Program-made: the position numbers and the translations under genes
Origin: an uncultured Gemmatimonadaceae bacterium
GTDB lineage: Bacteria; Gemmatimonadota; Gemmatimonadetes; Gemmatimonadales; Gemmatimonadaceae
NCBI GenBank assembly: GCA_963817955.1
Contig: CAWFQK010000006.1
Coordinates: forward strand, 32,001 to 96,000
Direction of reading: 5' to 3'
Length of the DNA: 64,000 nucleotides
In this document: one piece after another, positions 1 to 9,566 of the stretch
Numbering within the stretch: position 1 is the stretch's first letter
Layout: each line of letters begins with the position of its first letter
Notes under the pieces: model-generated
Databases searched by the model: none
Told to the model about the DNA's origin: nothing
What the model saw: the letters and a program-made list of their open reading frames with translations, nothing else

Positions 1-2
1 CC

Positions 3-563
3 ACGCTCACGCCACTGACCGACGGACAGGAAAAGGTCTCCGTCCATATTGGAGACCTCTATCTGCAGGAGATGTCCGCCAACTACATCTTCACGAGCAC
101 GCTGGTCGTGCGCCGCGAGGCCGCTGGCGACGCACTGCACTTTGCCGACGATCTTCGGACCTACGAAGATTGGGAATGTTATGGCCGATTGGCGCGCGCG
201 GGGACCGCGGCGTACCTGGATTGTGAGACGGCGTGGCAACATGGTCACGAGGGACCCCGGTTGACCGTTGCACCCACGTTGACGAGCCTCTCAGCGCGAA
301 TCGCCGTGCTGGAGCGCGTGTGGGGTAGCGATGCCGTATTTCTCACGAAGCACAGCGATCGCTACCACCACCTGCTGGAACAGGTGCGCCTGGAGAAGGT
401 CCGCAACCTGATTTCCGAGGGAAAGACGCCGGAGGCCCGGCGTGAAGTTCATCTCACTCCACACGCACCACTGCTCTATCGCGTCCTCGCTCGGGTTCCG
501 GGACCAGTGACGCTACGGTTGCTGCACGCACGATCGCTGTTGCGCCGGCGTGCTGGCGCATAG
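3..563 (+). CDS. Glycosyltransferase family 2-like protein, C-terminal part (5' truncated by window)
   Basis: Frame of ORF 72..563 is open back to the window start; YIFTSTLVVRRE...F-x-x-DLRTYEDWE resembles the GT2 C-terminal 'ED' motif region. Confidence 0.65.
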   Translation, partial: TLTPLTDGQEKVSVHIGDLYLQEMSANYIFTSTLVVRREAAGDALHFADDLRTYEDWECYGRLARAGTAAYLDCETAWQHGHEGPRLTVAPTLTSLSARIAVLERVWGSDAVFLTKHSDRYHHLLEQVRLEKVRNLISEGKTPEARREVHLTPHAPLLYRVLARVPGPVTLRLLHARSLLRRRAGA

Positions 564-564
564 C

Positions 565-921
565 CTACAGAGGACGCTGTCGCAAATGGGTTCGATCCAC
601 GACCGTCAACCGGCGCTCGAAAGCGAGATCCGCTCGCGCAAGTAACTCGACGAGCAATCCCGATACCTCATCGGCGCTTCGTGGAATGAAACGCAACAGC
701 AGGACTCCCGCCGCGGCGGCTCGTTTGTGACGCGTGACCAACTCGCCAAAGTCACGATCGAATGTGACGACGAGTCGCTCGTCGACGCTGGCGCGAGAGA
801 GAAGGATCTCGTCGTCTTCGCCAGCCGACGACTCACTCGCTGAAAACACATCGTGCCCTGCGGCGCGCAGGGCACGAACGGTATCAAGCGGGACGTTCTC
901 GTCGACGAGCAAGCGCATCAC
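565..921 (-). CDS. DUF5615 family PIN-like protein (putative toxin)
   Basis: MRLLVDENVP...DDEIL...LVVTFDRDFGEL is the typical DUF5615/VapC45-like pattern; 4-bp overlap with the upstream DUF433 gene. Confidence 0.85.
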   Translation of the reverse strand: MMRLLVDENVPLDTVRALRAAGHDVFSASESSAGEDDEILLSRASVDERLVVTFDRDFGELVTRHKRAAAAGVLLLRFIPRSADEVSGLLVELLARADLAFERRLTVVDRTHLRQRPL

Positions 922-1184
922 GCGGCGCCGGGATGCATTGGTAGCAGCGTTTGATCATGCAGCACGTCCGCGGCATAGGCGAACACGGCGCGCAAACCGT
1001 CATCGGTCAGTTGGGGATAGTTAGCGCGCAACTGCTCGCGCGACCAACCTTCAGCAAGCAGGCCAAGCACGAAATCGACCGTAAGCCGCGTGCCTTTGAT
1101 CACTGGCTTGCCGGCCGCGACGCGCGGATCAGCGTGAATGTGGTTAGTCCAGTTGGGCATGGTTCCATTCATGTGCTGAAGCAT
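918..1184 (-). CDS. DUF433 domain protein (putative antitoxin)
   Basis: IHADPRVAAGKPVIKGTRLTV...GWS.EQL..NYPQL is the DUF433 signature; true start may be a downstream ATG (MPNWT). Confidence 0.88.
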   Translation of the reverse strand: MLQHMNGTMPNWTNHIHADPRVAAGKPVIKGTRLTVDFVLGLLAEGWSREQLRANYPQLTDDGLRAVFAYAADVLHDQTLLPMHPGAA

Positions 1185-1282
1185 AAGGATTCCGCGAATG
1201 GCTTGCTAGCGCGGCAATTCGCACACATGAGCCAGCCGTCACCGAGGTCGGAGATCACTAGCCGAGGATGACGCGAGAACTA

Positions 1283-3202
1283 TTACTTCCCCGCTGACCA
1301 CTTGTTATTCGACGGGTCCGCATCCATCCAGATGCGACCGTCGAGCTCGAGCGACGTGACTGCCTTCGTCACAGGCAGCGCAACCGTCGCCTGTCGCTGA
1401 TTCGCCGCCCAGACCGCGGGTGTCTCGTGGACTACCTGGCTGCTGCCGTCAGCGAAATGCAAGCGCACGTCGAATGGAGCCGCCATGCCGCCGACGTTGC
1501 CCACGACGAGCGTGTAGCGGTTGCCGGCCTTTGTCACGCGCTCGACGGCGAGGTCGATGTAGTCGTTGCTGAAGAACCAGTTGCTCCAGAACCAGTTGAG
1601 ATCTTTTCCCGACACGTCGTTGAACGTGTTGAAGAAATCCCACGGTGTGGGATGCTTGCCATGCCAGCGGTCGATGTAAGCGTGCAGACATCGTTTGAAC
1701 TCCGCGTCGCCGAGCAAGTCCTTCACGGCGAGATAGCCGAGCGCCGGCTTGCCGTAGGCGTTGATTCCATACGCGGGCCCTTTCAGCATGTCAGCGGGGG
1801 TGACGATGGGCAGATCCTCGAGCGGCGAAGGATCGCGAGTCCATGAGGCCACCCGGAACTGCTTGAAGAACTGGTCGGCATGCTCCCGTCCGGTGTCAGC
1901 CTGGTTGATGAGATACTCGAACGTGGTGGCCCACCCTTCGTCCATGAAGGCGTACCGCGTTTCGTTCGTTCCCATGTAGAACGGGAAATAGGTGTGCGCG
2001 ATTTCGTGCTCGGCGACGAAGCGCGAAAAAGTCGTGTCGGCGTTGGACCCGTCGTTGACCATCATGGGGTACTCCATGTCGGCACTGCCCTGCACGATCG
2101 TCGACTTTTCGTATGGGTAGGGCACGCCCGGCCAGTTGCGCGACAACCAGCCGACCGCATGACGACCGAACTGCACCATGTGATGAAAATCGGCAGCCGT
2201 GTCGTTGTATGCCGCCTGCACGCTCGCGCGCCGGTGCGTTGCATCATCCACGACGACACTGCCGCCGTCCCAGTCGTAGTGATTGCTGAGCGCGAACGTC
2301 ATGTCGGGAACGTTGGTCGCGGTAAAGTGCCAGGCATTCACGCCGTTCTGTTGTGTCACACGCGCCGCCGCCATGTCGGCATTCGTGGCAATGCGAACTG
2401 TTTCGTCGGACGTGAGCGACGACTCGAATCGGCGCAGAATGTCCTGCTGCAGCACGGCCGATGCGTTCACCAATGTTCCCGTGCCCCACACGACGTAGTT
2501 CGCCGGCACACGCACCGTCACGTCATAATCGTTGAAGTCGCTGTAGAACTCCTGCTGATCGGTAAAGTCCATCGTGTCCCAGCCGTTGTAGTCGTCATAC
2601 ACGGCGACACGCGGATAGAAATACGCCAGGTAATACGTCGTGGAGTCGAGCATTCCTTCCCGACCGGCCTCGCGCGAGATCTCATAATGCCAATCAAATG
2701 AGAGGTGCACGGAATCGTGCGGGGTCAGCGCGGCCGGGAGCGTGACGGGTCGCCAGGTATAGGAACGCGGATCGTCGCGCCACTGCGCCGGCGCGCCGTT
2801 CACCGCGAAGGCGTCGATGTGAACGCCCGACGTCAGGTACGCGTCCGCCGCTCCGTCGCTCCGCGGCGCTCCTGGACGATGAATGTTCAGGAAGAGTTTG
2901 ACCATCAGGCGCCGCAGTGTGTCTGGGCTGTTGTTCAGATAGGTGATCTGCTCGGTGCCCTTCACGGTGCGATCCGGCGGCGCAGCCGTGACGGTCATGG
3001 AGTACCGCGCGCGGTTCTGCCAGTACCGAGGTCCAGGGCGCCCATCGGCCGACCGTGTTCCCTTCTTGTATGCCTGCTGGACAGCGCGCGGCATGTAGAG
3101 CGGGTGTTCGGTAGGCACCGGGAACAGCGGCGACCAGAGCAGGGCGAGCAGCCAGGGCTTGGCAGCGAGCGTCTTCACCGTCACGAGCAGCGGATTGGTC
3201 AT
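1283..3202 (-). CDS. M1 family zinc metallopeptidase (likely exported)
   Basis: MEYP motif, HEIAH followed by DEG zinc motif, YGKP; hydrophobic N-terminus. Confidence 0.9.
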   Translation of the reverse strand: MTNPLLVTVKTLAAKPWLLALLWSPLFPVPTEHPLYMPRAVQQAYKKGTRSADGRPGPRYWQNRARYSMTVTAAPPDRTVKGTEQITYLNNSPDTLRRLMVKLFLNIHRPGAPRSDGAADAYLTSGVHIDAFAVNGAPAQWRDDPRSYTWRPVTLPAALTPHDSVHLSFDWHYEISREAGREGMLDSTTYYLAYFYPRVAVYDDYNGWDTMDFTDQQEFYSDFNDYDVTVRVPANYVVWGTGTLVNASAVLQQDILRRFESSLTSDETVRIATNADMAAARVTQQNGVNAWHFTATNVPDMTFALSNHYDWDGGSVVVDDATHRRASVQAAYNDTAADFHHMVQFGRHAVGWLSRNWPGVPYPYEKSTIVQGSADMEYPMMVNDGSNADTTFSRFVAEHEIAHTYFPFYMGTNETRYAFMDEGWATTFEYLINQADTGREHADQFFKQFRVASWTRDPSPLEDLPIVTPADMLKGPAYGINAYGKPALGYLAVKDLLGDAEFKRCLHAYIDRWHGKHPTPWDFFNTFNDVSGKDLNWFWSNWFFSNDYIDLAVERVTKAGNRYTLVVGNVGGMAAPFDVRLHFADGSSQVVHETPAVWAANQRQATVALPVTKAVTSLELDGRIWMDADPSNNKWSAGK

Positions 3203-5037
3203 GGAACATTCCGGTTAGGGGCGGGCGGGCGAGGCACGTGCGCTGTGTCCCTGAGTTGTATGTAGAACGCGGCGAGCAATTGCCGGTTCATTGGGCGGTC
3301 GGCATTGTATTCCTGGCTGTCGATGAACTCCGAGGCGGCCCGTTCGAAGGCTCGTCGATCGGCGCCGGCAATCGATGCGGAGACTGGCGCAAGCACCCAG
3401 GCCGCGCTTTGTCGCACAGTGCGCAGGGAGTCGCGCAGGAGTGGGATCGCAACCATGCGCGCTGACGGAGCAACGGTCTCGAGCACCTGCAACGCGGCGA
3501 GGCGCATGAGGGGATGTGAGTCGTTGATCCTCGCCCGCGCGTGCTCCAACGCGATGGGGCCGGGGTGGCCAGCGAGGCGCGCCAGCGCAGAGGCCCGCAC
3601 GAAGGGAGGCTGCGTGGAGTCGTCGAGCACGCGGACCAGGGAATCTGCGGCGTGCGGATCGCCACGGTCGTCCGCGGCGAACGCGGTGGCGAAGTGCTGG
3701 TAGCCGGACGGCACATGCCCATACCACGTCCGCACTTTCGCCGCCGCCCAACCGGCGTCGCGATCCGAGTGACAACGGGTACACGGATTTGGCACGCCGA
3801 GCGTGACGGACAGGTCGGGGCGCGGCACGCGCATGCTGTGGTCATGCCGTCGATCGATCAGCATGAATGCGCTGTCAGGCATGTGGCAGGAGACGCACGT
3901 CGATCCCGTGCTCCCCACTTTATGAAAGTGATGCTCAGGCGTGTCGTACTTCGCGGAACGATGGCATTGCGCGCACACAGCGTTGCCCGAAAGACGGAGC
4001 TTTCCGCTGTGCGGATCATGGCAATCGCTACACGTCACGCCAGCCGCGTACATCTTGCTCTGCAGGAACGAGCCGTACGTGAACACTTCATCTTCCTGCT
4101 GGCCGTCGGAGTGATACAACCCGTTGAACAGCAGCAGTGGCAAGTAGTAATCGAGCAGCGGTGCGCCGGCGGTATACCCGTCGGCAATATGGGACCGTCG
4201 CGCGTGGCATTGTGCGCACGTCTCGATTTCGCGATCGGTCGCGCGCGGCGTACTGCGATAGGCCGTTGGGGCAGCGGAATCACGGATCCACCGCACACCT
4301 TGGCGCTCTGTCAGGCGGTTGCGCACGCCATCATCCGCTCCACGCCACCAGCGCGACCCGTCTGCCCACCGCACGTGCTCGGACGCCGGACCATGGCAGG
4401 ATTCGCACGCAACATCGATTTCAGCGTACGTCGTGTGATACGTGCTGTCACGCGCATCATATCCCTTTCGCACGGCTGTCGAATGACAGTCGGCGCACAT
4501 GTAGTTCCAATTGTTCTCGGGTCCGGTCCAGTGGAACTGGTCATTCGGGCCAACGCGCACCCCGAGGTCGAGCGAGAACCACCGCTGGCCGCCATCCACC
4601 GCGGCACGCGCATCCCATGCCAACCGCAGCGCCTGCACTCGACCGCGCGTGAGTTCCACCAGATACTGCTGTAGCGGCCACACGCCGAACGTGTATCGAA
4701 TCTCGTAGTCGTGGGGCAGACCGTCCTCGCCCTCCGTATTCACGACGTAGCGGTCGCCGCGCCGGAAGAAGACGGACGTGATTCCAGCGCTGGTGAATCG
4801 CGTGCTATCGAATTGGCCGAGCACCGCGGTACCGCGCGCGTCCTGCATCGCCACCGCCTGCTGCGATGCTCGCCACGACTGGTACTGGGCCGCATGGCAG
4901 CGTGCGCAGGCACGGGCGCCGACGAACGTGGCCGCCGTTGCACGAGGACGGCTCGCCACAAACCGTACGGAGACAACGGCAGCAAGCACCATCAGGCCAC
5001 CGAGGCCCGCGAGCAGGAGCGTTCGTCGTCGCATCAT
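3199..5037 (-). CDS. Multiheme (8 CxxCH) c-type cytochrome with HEAT-like C-terminal region
   Basis: CARCH, CADCH, CESCH, CAQCH, CSDCH, CAQCH, CVSCH, CTRCH; N-terminal basic plus hydrophobic segment; start set at MMRRRT. Confidence 0.88.
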   Translation of the reverse strand: MMRRRTLLLAGLGGLMVLAAVVSVRFVASRPRATAATFVGARACARCHAAQYQSWRASQQAVAMQDARGTAVLGQFDSTRFTSAGITSVFFRRGDRYVVNTEGEDGLPHDYEIRYTFGVWPLQQYLVELTRGRVQALRLAWDARAAVDGGQRWFSLDLGVRVGPNDQFHWTGPENNWNYMCADCHSTAVRKGYDARDSTYHTTYAEIDVACESCHGPASEHVRWADGSRWWRGADDGVRNRLTERQGVRWIRDSAAPTAYRSTPRATDREIETCAQCHARRSHIADGYTAGAPLLDYYLPLLLFNGLYHSDGQQEDEVFTYGSFLQSKMYAAGVTCSDCHDPHSGKLRLSGNAVCAQCHRSAKYDTPEHHFHKVGSTGSTCVSCHMPDSAFMLIDRRHDHSMRVPRPDLSVTLGVPNPCTRCHSDRDAGWAAAKVRTWYGHVPSGYQHFATAFAADDRGDPHAADSLVRVLDDSTQPPFVRASALARLAGHPGPIALEHARARINDSHPLMRLAALQVLETVAPSARMVAIPLLRDSLRTVRQSAAWVLAPVSASIAGADRRAFERAASEFIDSQEYNADRPMNRQLLAAFYIQLRDTAHVPRPPAPNRNVP

Positions 5038-5062
5038 TGAGGGGTAAAGATCGCCTGAACAG

Positions 5063-5088
5063 TAGATGGGCACCATAGATGGGCACCA
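5063..5088. repeat. Perfect 13-bp tandem duplication TAGATGGGCACCA x2 in a divergent intergenic region
   Basis: Read directly at 5063-5075 and 5076-5088. Confidence 0.85.
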
Positions 5089-5208
5089 TCGGCCGCCGTG
5101 AGGTTGTACCCCACTACCAGCGAATCCCTCAACGCCGGCAGCGGTGGGACGTGTAACTTTCGCTACCGATTTCTGTCGCCGATCGCCCCTCGCTCTCGCT
5201 CCTCGACC

Positions 5209-7107
5209 ATGGCCCTACTTGCGATGCAAGACGTCAGCATCGCCTTCGGCGGTCCGCTGATTCTCGACCAGGCGAGCTTTGCGATCGAGCGCGGCGAGCG
5301 TGTGTGTCTCCTCGGCCGCAACGGCGCGGGCAAGAGCACGCTCATGAAACTGCTCGACGGCACGATGGCGCCCGATTCGGGAGCGATCGTGCGACAGACC
5401 GGCGTCTCGGTTGCGCGCCTGGAGCAGGAAGTTCCCGACGACGTGGAGGGCAGCACGTTCGATGTCGTCGCCGCCGGCCTTGGCGATGCCGGCCGCCTGC
5501 TCACGCGATATCACGCCGCAAGTCACCGCGTTGCTGCCGGCGGCGGTGAGGCTGCGTTGCGAGAGTTGGATCGATTGCATCACGCGCTCGAGGCGGCCAA
5601 TGCCTGGGAAATGCAAACGCGGGTGGACACGGCGCTGTCGCACCTCGGACTCGATCCGAACGCGCCATTCACCAAGGCATCGGGCGGGCGCAAGCGACAG
5701 ACATTGCTCGCACGGGCGCTGGTGCGAAACCCCGACGTGCTCCTGCTCGACGAGCCGACGAACCACCTCGATGTCGCGGCCATCGAATGGATGGAAGACT
5801 TTCTCATCGATCGCGGCACGACGCTGCTGTTCGTGACGCACGACCGTGCATTCCTGCGCCGTCTCGCAACGCGGATCATCGAGCTCGATCGCGGGCGACT
5901 GCGCGACTGGGGAACGGATTACGACACCTATCTCCAGCGCAAAGACGAGGCGCTGTCCGCGGAAGAGAAGGCGTGGGAGGATTTCGACAAGAAGCTGGCC
6001 AAGGAAGAAGTGTGGATCCGAACCGGCATTCAGGCGCGTCGTACACGCAACGAAGGACGTGTGCGGGCGCTCGAGGCGTTGCGTCGCGAGCGCGAGGCGC
6101 GCCGCGAACGCACTGGTGCCGTGCGGCTGCAGACGCAGGATGCCGAGCGTAGCGGCAAACTCGTCATCGAGGCGAAACACGTGAGCTTCGGCTATGGCGA
6201 TCGCGTCATCGCACGCGACTTCAGCACGATGATCACGCGCGGCGATCGGGTCGGTTTGATCGGCCCGAACGGATCGGGCAAGACGACACTCATCCGCTTG
6301 TTGCTCGGCGAGCTCACACCCGATAGCGGCACGGTCCGGTTGGGAACCAACCTGCAGACTGCGTATTTCGACCAACTGCGGGAGCAACTCGATCCGGAGC
6401 GCAGCGTCTTCGACAGCATCGCCGACGGCGCCGAATTCGTCGATGTACGCGGGTCGCGGCGCCACGTGCTCGGGTATCTACAGGATTTTCTTTTTTCGGC
6501 CGATCGGTCGCGTACGCCTGTACGAGCCCTGTCAGGCGGTGAACGCAATCGCTTGCTGCTCGCGCGGCTGTTCACGCGCTCGTTCAACCTGCTGGTGCTC
6601 GACGAACCGACGAACGATCTCGATATCGAGACGTTGGATCTCCTCGAGGACCTCCTCCTCGAGTTTGCCGGCACGTTGATCTTGGTGAGTCACGATCGCG
6701 CATTCATCGATAATGTGGTCACCAGCACGCTCGTGCTCGAGGGCGGGGGTCATGTGGGCGATTACGCCGGCGGCTATTCCGATTGGGTACGCCAGCGAAA
6801 AGTGCCTGTCTTGCCGACGAAAGCCAGCGTACCAAAGCGTGAGCCGGAGCCGGCAACGAAAGCACGGGACAAGAGAAAGGGATTGGGTTTCAAGGAAGCA
6901 CGAGAGCTCGAACTGCTTCCCGATCGCATCGAGGCGGCGGAGAAGGAGCGCGAGCGACTCTATGCGTCGCTCGCCGATCCTGTATTACTCCGCGACGGCG
7001 CCGCCGTTGTCGAGGCGAAGATGCGGCTGGTCGCGACCGAGGCCGAACTGGAGGTGCTCATTCAGCGGTGGGAGGAACTGGAGACGATCGCCACCGGGAC
7101 CGCGTAG
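5209..7107 (+). CDS. uup: ABC-F family ATPase Uup
   Basis: Two ABC domains (GRNGAGKS/SGG/LLLDEPTNHLD; GPNGSGKT/LSGGE/DEPTNDLD), linker EEVWIRTGIQARRTRNEGRVRAL, C-terminal coiled coil ending RWEELE. Confidence 0.93.
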   Translation: MALLAMQDVSIAFGGPLILDQASFAIERGERVCLLGRNGAGKSTLMKLLDGTMAPDSGAIVRQTGVSVARLEQEVPDDVEGSTFDVVAAGLGDAGRLLTRYHAASHRVAAGGGEAALRELDRLHHALEAANAWEMQTRVDTALSHLGLDPNAPFTKASGGRKRQTLLARALVRNPDVLLLDEPTNHLDVAAIEWMEDFLIDRGTTLLFVTHDRAFLRRLATRIIELDRGRLRDWGTDYDTYLQRKDEALSAEEKAWEDFDKKLAKEEVWIRTGIQARRTRNEGRVRALEALRREREARRERTGAVRLQTQDAERSGKLVIEAKHVSFGYGDRVIARDFSTMITRGDRVGLIGPNGSGKTTLIRLLLGELTPDSGTVRLGTNLQTAYFDQLREQLDPERSVFDSIADGAEFVDVRGSRRHVLGYLQDFLFSADRSRTPVRALSGGERNRLLLARLFTRSFNLLVLDEPTNDLDIETLDLLEDLLLEFAGTLILVSHDRAFIDNVVTSTLVLEGGGHVGDYAGGYSDWVRQRKVPVLPTKASVPKREPEPATKARDKRKGLGFKEARELELLPDRIEAAEKERERLYASLADPVLLRDGAAVVEAKMRLVATEAELEVLIQRWEELETIATGTA

Positions 7108-7870
7108 CGTTCCACCCACCGGGAACCGCCAAGATCGAGCATAATGCCGTTCCCAGTAACGGTTCGGCCAGGTTCGGCAGAAAGGTCCGCTCAACGCCAG
7201 GCTCTCCCTGGAGCGGTATGGCGATCAGGTCAGCGTGCACGTCCTCGGCGAGATTGAGAGTTCCTGTCAGCATGTCATCGTCGATTTCAACGCGGCGCAC
7301 GTCGAGTGTGCTCACGTGCGCATCGTGCCCGATGGCGTGCTCGACAATTTCGGGCGCCGAGCGCAGCGCTTCCTCATCCGCTGGAACGGACGTTCGGTCT
7401 GGAAACGCCAGCCACACGGATGCTCCAGCAGCGACGCATCTGAGTGCCACGGCGAGCGTCGGGCCATGAACATTGCCGTTCGGAAAGACGACGACGCAAC
7501 GCGATGCCGGGGCGTGCGACGAACGCGCCGCGACGTAGAGCGGCACGTTGGTGAGGCGGGCGATCGACGGCGCGATGCCGTCGCCAAGCCTCCGGTACTC
7601 GGGTGACGGGCGGCCAACGCCCACGACGATGATATCCGCGTTACAGTCTGCCGCAGCGATCAGAATTGCCGTCACGGGATCGCCGATCTCGAATTGCACG
7701 ACCGTGCCGGGGCGATCGGCAAACGTTTGTGCGACAGACACCGCCGCGTCGGCCGACGGGCCGCCATGTGTTCCAACGACTACCCGCCTCGGCCAGGACG
7801 AATCGAGTGCCGCGGCCGACCACGGCGCAGGCAGGGTAGCTCGGTCCGGAGTGTTCGCTGATTTCCTCAT
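7058..7870 (-). CDS. Universal stress protein (tandem USP-like domains, degenerate)
   Basis: RRVVVGT..., GDPVTAILIAA...ADIIVVG, second ADLIAI...CSILAVP; 50-bp convergent overlap with uup. Confidence 0.65.
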   Translation of the reverse strand: MRKSANTPDRATLPAPWSAAALDSSWPRRVVVGTHGGPSADAAVSVAQTFADRPGTVVQFEIGDPVTAILIAAADCNADIIVVGVGRPSPEYRRLGDGIAPSIARLTNVPLYVAARSSHAPASRCVVVFPNGNVHGPTLAVALRCVAAGASVWLAFPDRTSVPADEEALRSAPEIVEHAIGHDAHVSTLDVRRVEIDDDMLTGTLNLAEDVHADLIAIPLQGEPGVERTFLPNLAEPLLGTALCSILAVPGGWNATRSRWRSSPVPPTAE

Positions 7871-8075
7871 GACGACTCCTTGGACAACCTTCTACAATCG
7901 TGCTCTCTCAGCAATCCGGAAGTCGGTGAGTTACCCTACTTGTGTCAGGGAACGGGGTAGGCGATACGCCGGATGTTTGTGGTGACTGCAGGTTCACACT
8001 CTCGACGTACATCCATGGCGCCCCTGCGCAAAATCGTCTATCCTCCGCAAACGGCGGCCTGGTTGAGGACTTCTC

Positions 8076-9566
8076 ATGGAAAACCCGCTCCGAGCGGCGG
8101 ATGGAAGATCGGCCCGCGTAGTTCACCTGGTGGGCGAGCTGGCGCCCTTCGCGAGAAGCGGTGGGCTCGGCGAAGCCGTCAATAGCCTCGCGCGCTTTCA
8201 GGCTGCCTCGGGGTTGGCGACGTCGATTGTCATGCCGCTCTATGATCAGGCGCGCGAGAACGCGGGCGACATCGAGCCCGTCGGCCCGCCCTTCCGTGTG
8301 CAGGTGGGGAAACGTTCGGAGCGCGTGCGACTCTGGAAGTACAATCCTGCGCCCGCCGATCCACTCGCGGACATCGATGTGTATTTCATCGAGAGCGAAG
8401 ATTACTTCTCGCGCTCGTTCATCTACGGGCCTCCTGGCGGCGACTACCTGGATAACGACCGGCGCTACGCCTGCTTCGCCATGGCCGCCCTGACGTCGCT
8501 CGAGACGATCGCGGGAGATGCGCCAGTGCTCTTGCACGTTCACGACTGGCACACGGCGCTCGCCCCCGTATACCTGCGCACGACGCTGGCACACGACTCA
8601 CGCTTCGCGGGCGTGCAAGTGGTCCTCACGGTCCATAACGCCGGCTATCAGGGCCACTTCCCGTTCGATGTCATGGAGCAGCTCGGGCTACCGCCGTCAC
8701 TCTACAACTGGAGGCAGCTCGAATGGCACGGGCGGGTGAACGTGCTCAAAGGCGGGCTGGTCTTTGCCGACGCGGTCACCACCGTCAGCCCCACGCATGC
8801 GCACGAACTGCGCACTGCGGCAGGCGGCTTTGGGCTCGAGGGTGTATTCGTTGCCCTGCGCGACCGATTCGTGGGCATCACCAACGGCATCGACCAGCAG
8901 ATCTGGGATCCGGTCACCGATCCGCTCATTCCGGCCAACTACTCCCTCCATTCGCTCGCTGGAAAGCTCCAGTGCCGCGAAGACCTGCAGCGCGAAACGG
9001 GGCTTCGGCCCACCGACGAGATGCCGATCGTGGCCATGAGCGCACGGCTCGTATCGCAAAAGGGGCTCGACCTCATCCTCGGTGACGCGGGCTATTTCGC
9101 GTTCGACGCCCAGTATCTCTTCCTCGGCGCCGGCGAGCCGCGCTACGAGGACGCTTTGCACGCCATTGCCGGCCGCGCACCGAACCGCATCGTCGTAGAG
9201 ACACGATTCACCGAAGAGCGCGAACATCGTCTGCTCGCCGGTGCCGACATGTGCCTCATGCCCTCCCTGTATGAACCGTGCGGCCTCACGCAGATGCGCG
9301 CCCAACGGTACGGCACACTGCCCGTCGCGCGTCGTGTCGGTGGTCTTGCCGACACCATCGAAGATGGCGTGACCGGCTTTCTATTCGATGACTACACGCC
9401 GGCGGATTTCATGCGCGCCATGGCGCGTGCCTTCGATCAGTTCGAGCAGCCCGATGGTTGGCTGGCGATGATGCGCTCGGCGATGGCGCGCGATTTCGGT
9501 TGGGAGCAATCGGCGCAGAAGTATCTGGCGCTGTATCGCCGAGTGATGGGCTCGCCTACACTCTGA
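8076..9566 (+). CDS. glgA: Glycogen synthase (GT5)
   Basis: ELAPFARSGGLG (KxGG-like), HVHDWHT, TVHNAGYQG, NGID, PSLYEPCGLTQM, GGLADT. Confidence 0.92.
   Translation: MENPLRAADGRSARVVHLVGELAPFARSGGLGEAVNSLARFQAASGLATSIVMPLYDQARENAGDIEPVGPPFRVQVGKRSERVRLWKYNPAPADPLADIDVYFIESEDYFSRSFIYGPPGGDYLDNDRRYACFAMAALTSLETIAGDAPVLLHVHDWHTALAPVYLRTTLAHDSRFAGVQVVLTVHNAGYQGHFPFDVMEQLGLPPSLYNWRQLEWHGRVNVLKGGLVFADAVTTVSPTHAHELRTAAGGFGLEGVFVALRDRFVGITNGIDQQIWDPVTDPLIPANYSLHSLAGKLQCREDLQRETGLRPTDEMPIVAMSARLVSQKGLDLILGDAGYFAFDAQYLFLGAGEPRYEDALHAIAGRAPNRIVVETRFTEEREHRLLAGADMCLMPSLYEPCGLTQMRAQRYGTLPVARRVGGLADTIEDGVTGFLFDDYTPADFMRAMARAFDQFEQPDGWLAMMRSAMARDFGWEQSAQKYLALYRRVMGSPTL

Noticed and set aside
8130..8175. 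RSGG instead of KxGG in glycogen synthase as loss of function
   Set aside because: Conservative Lys to Arg change with all other motifs intact
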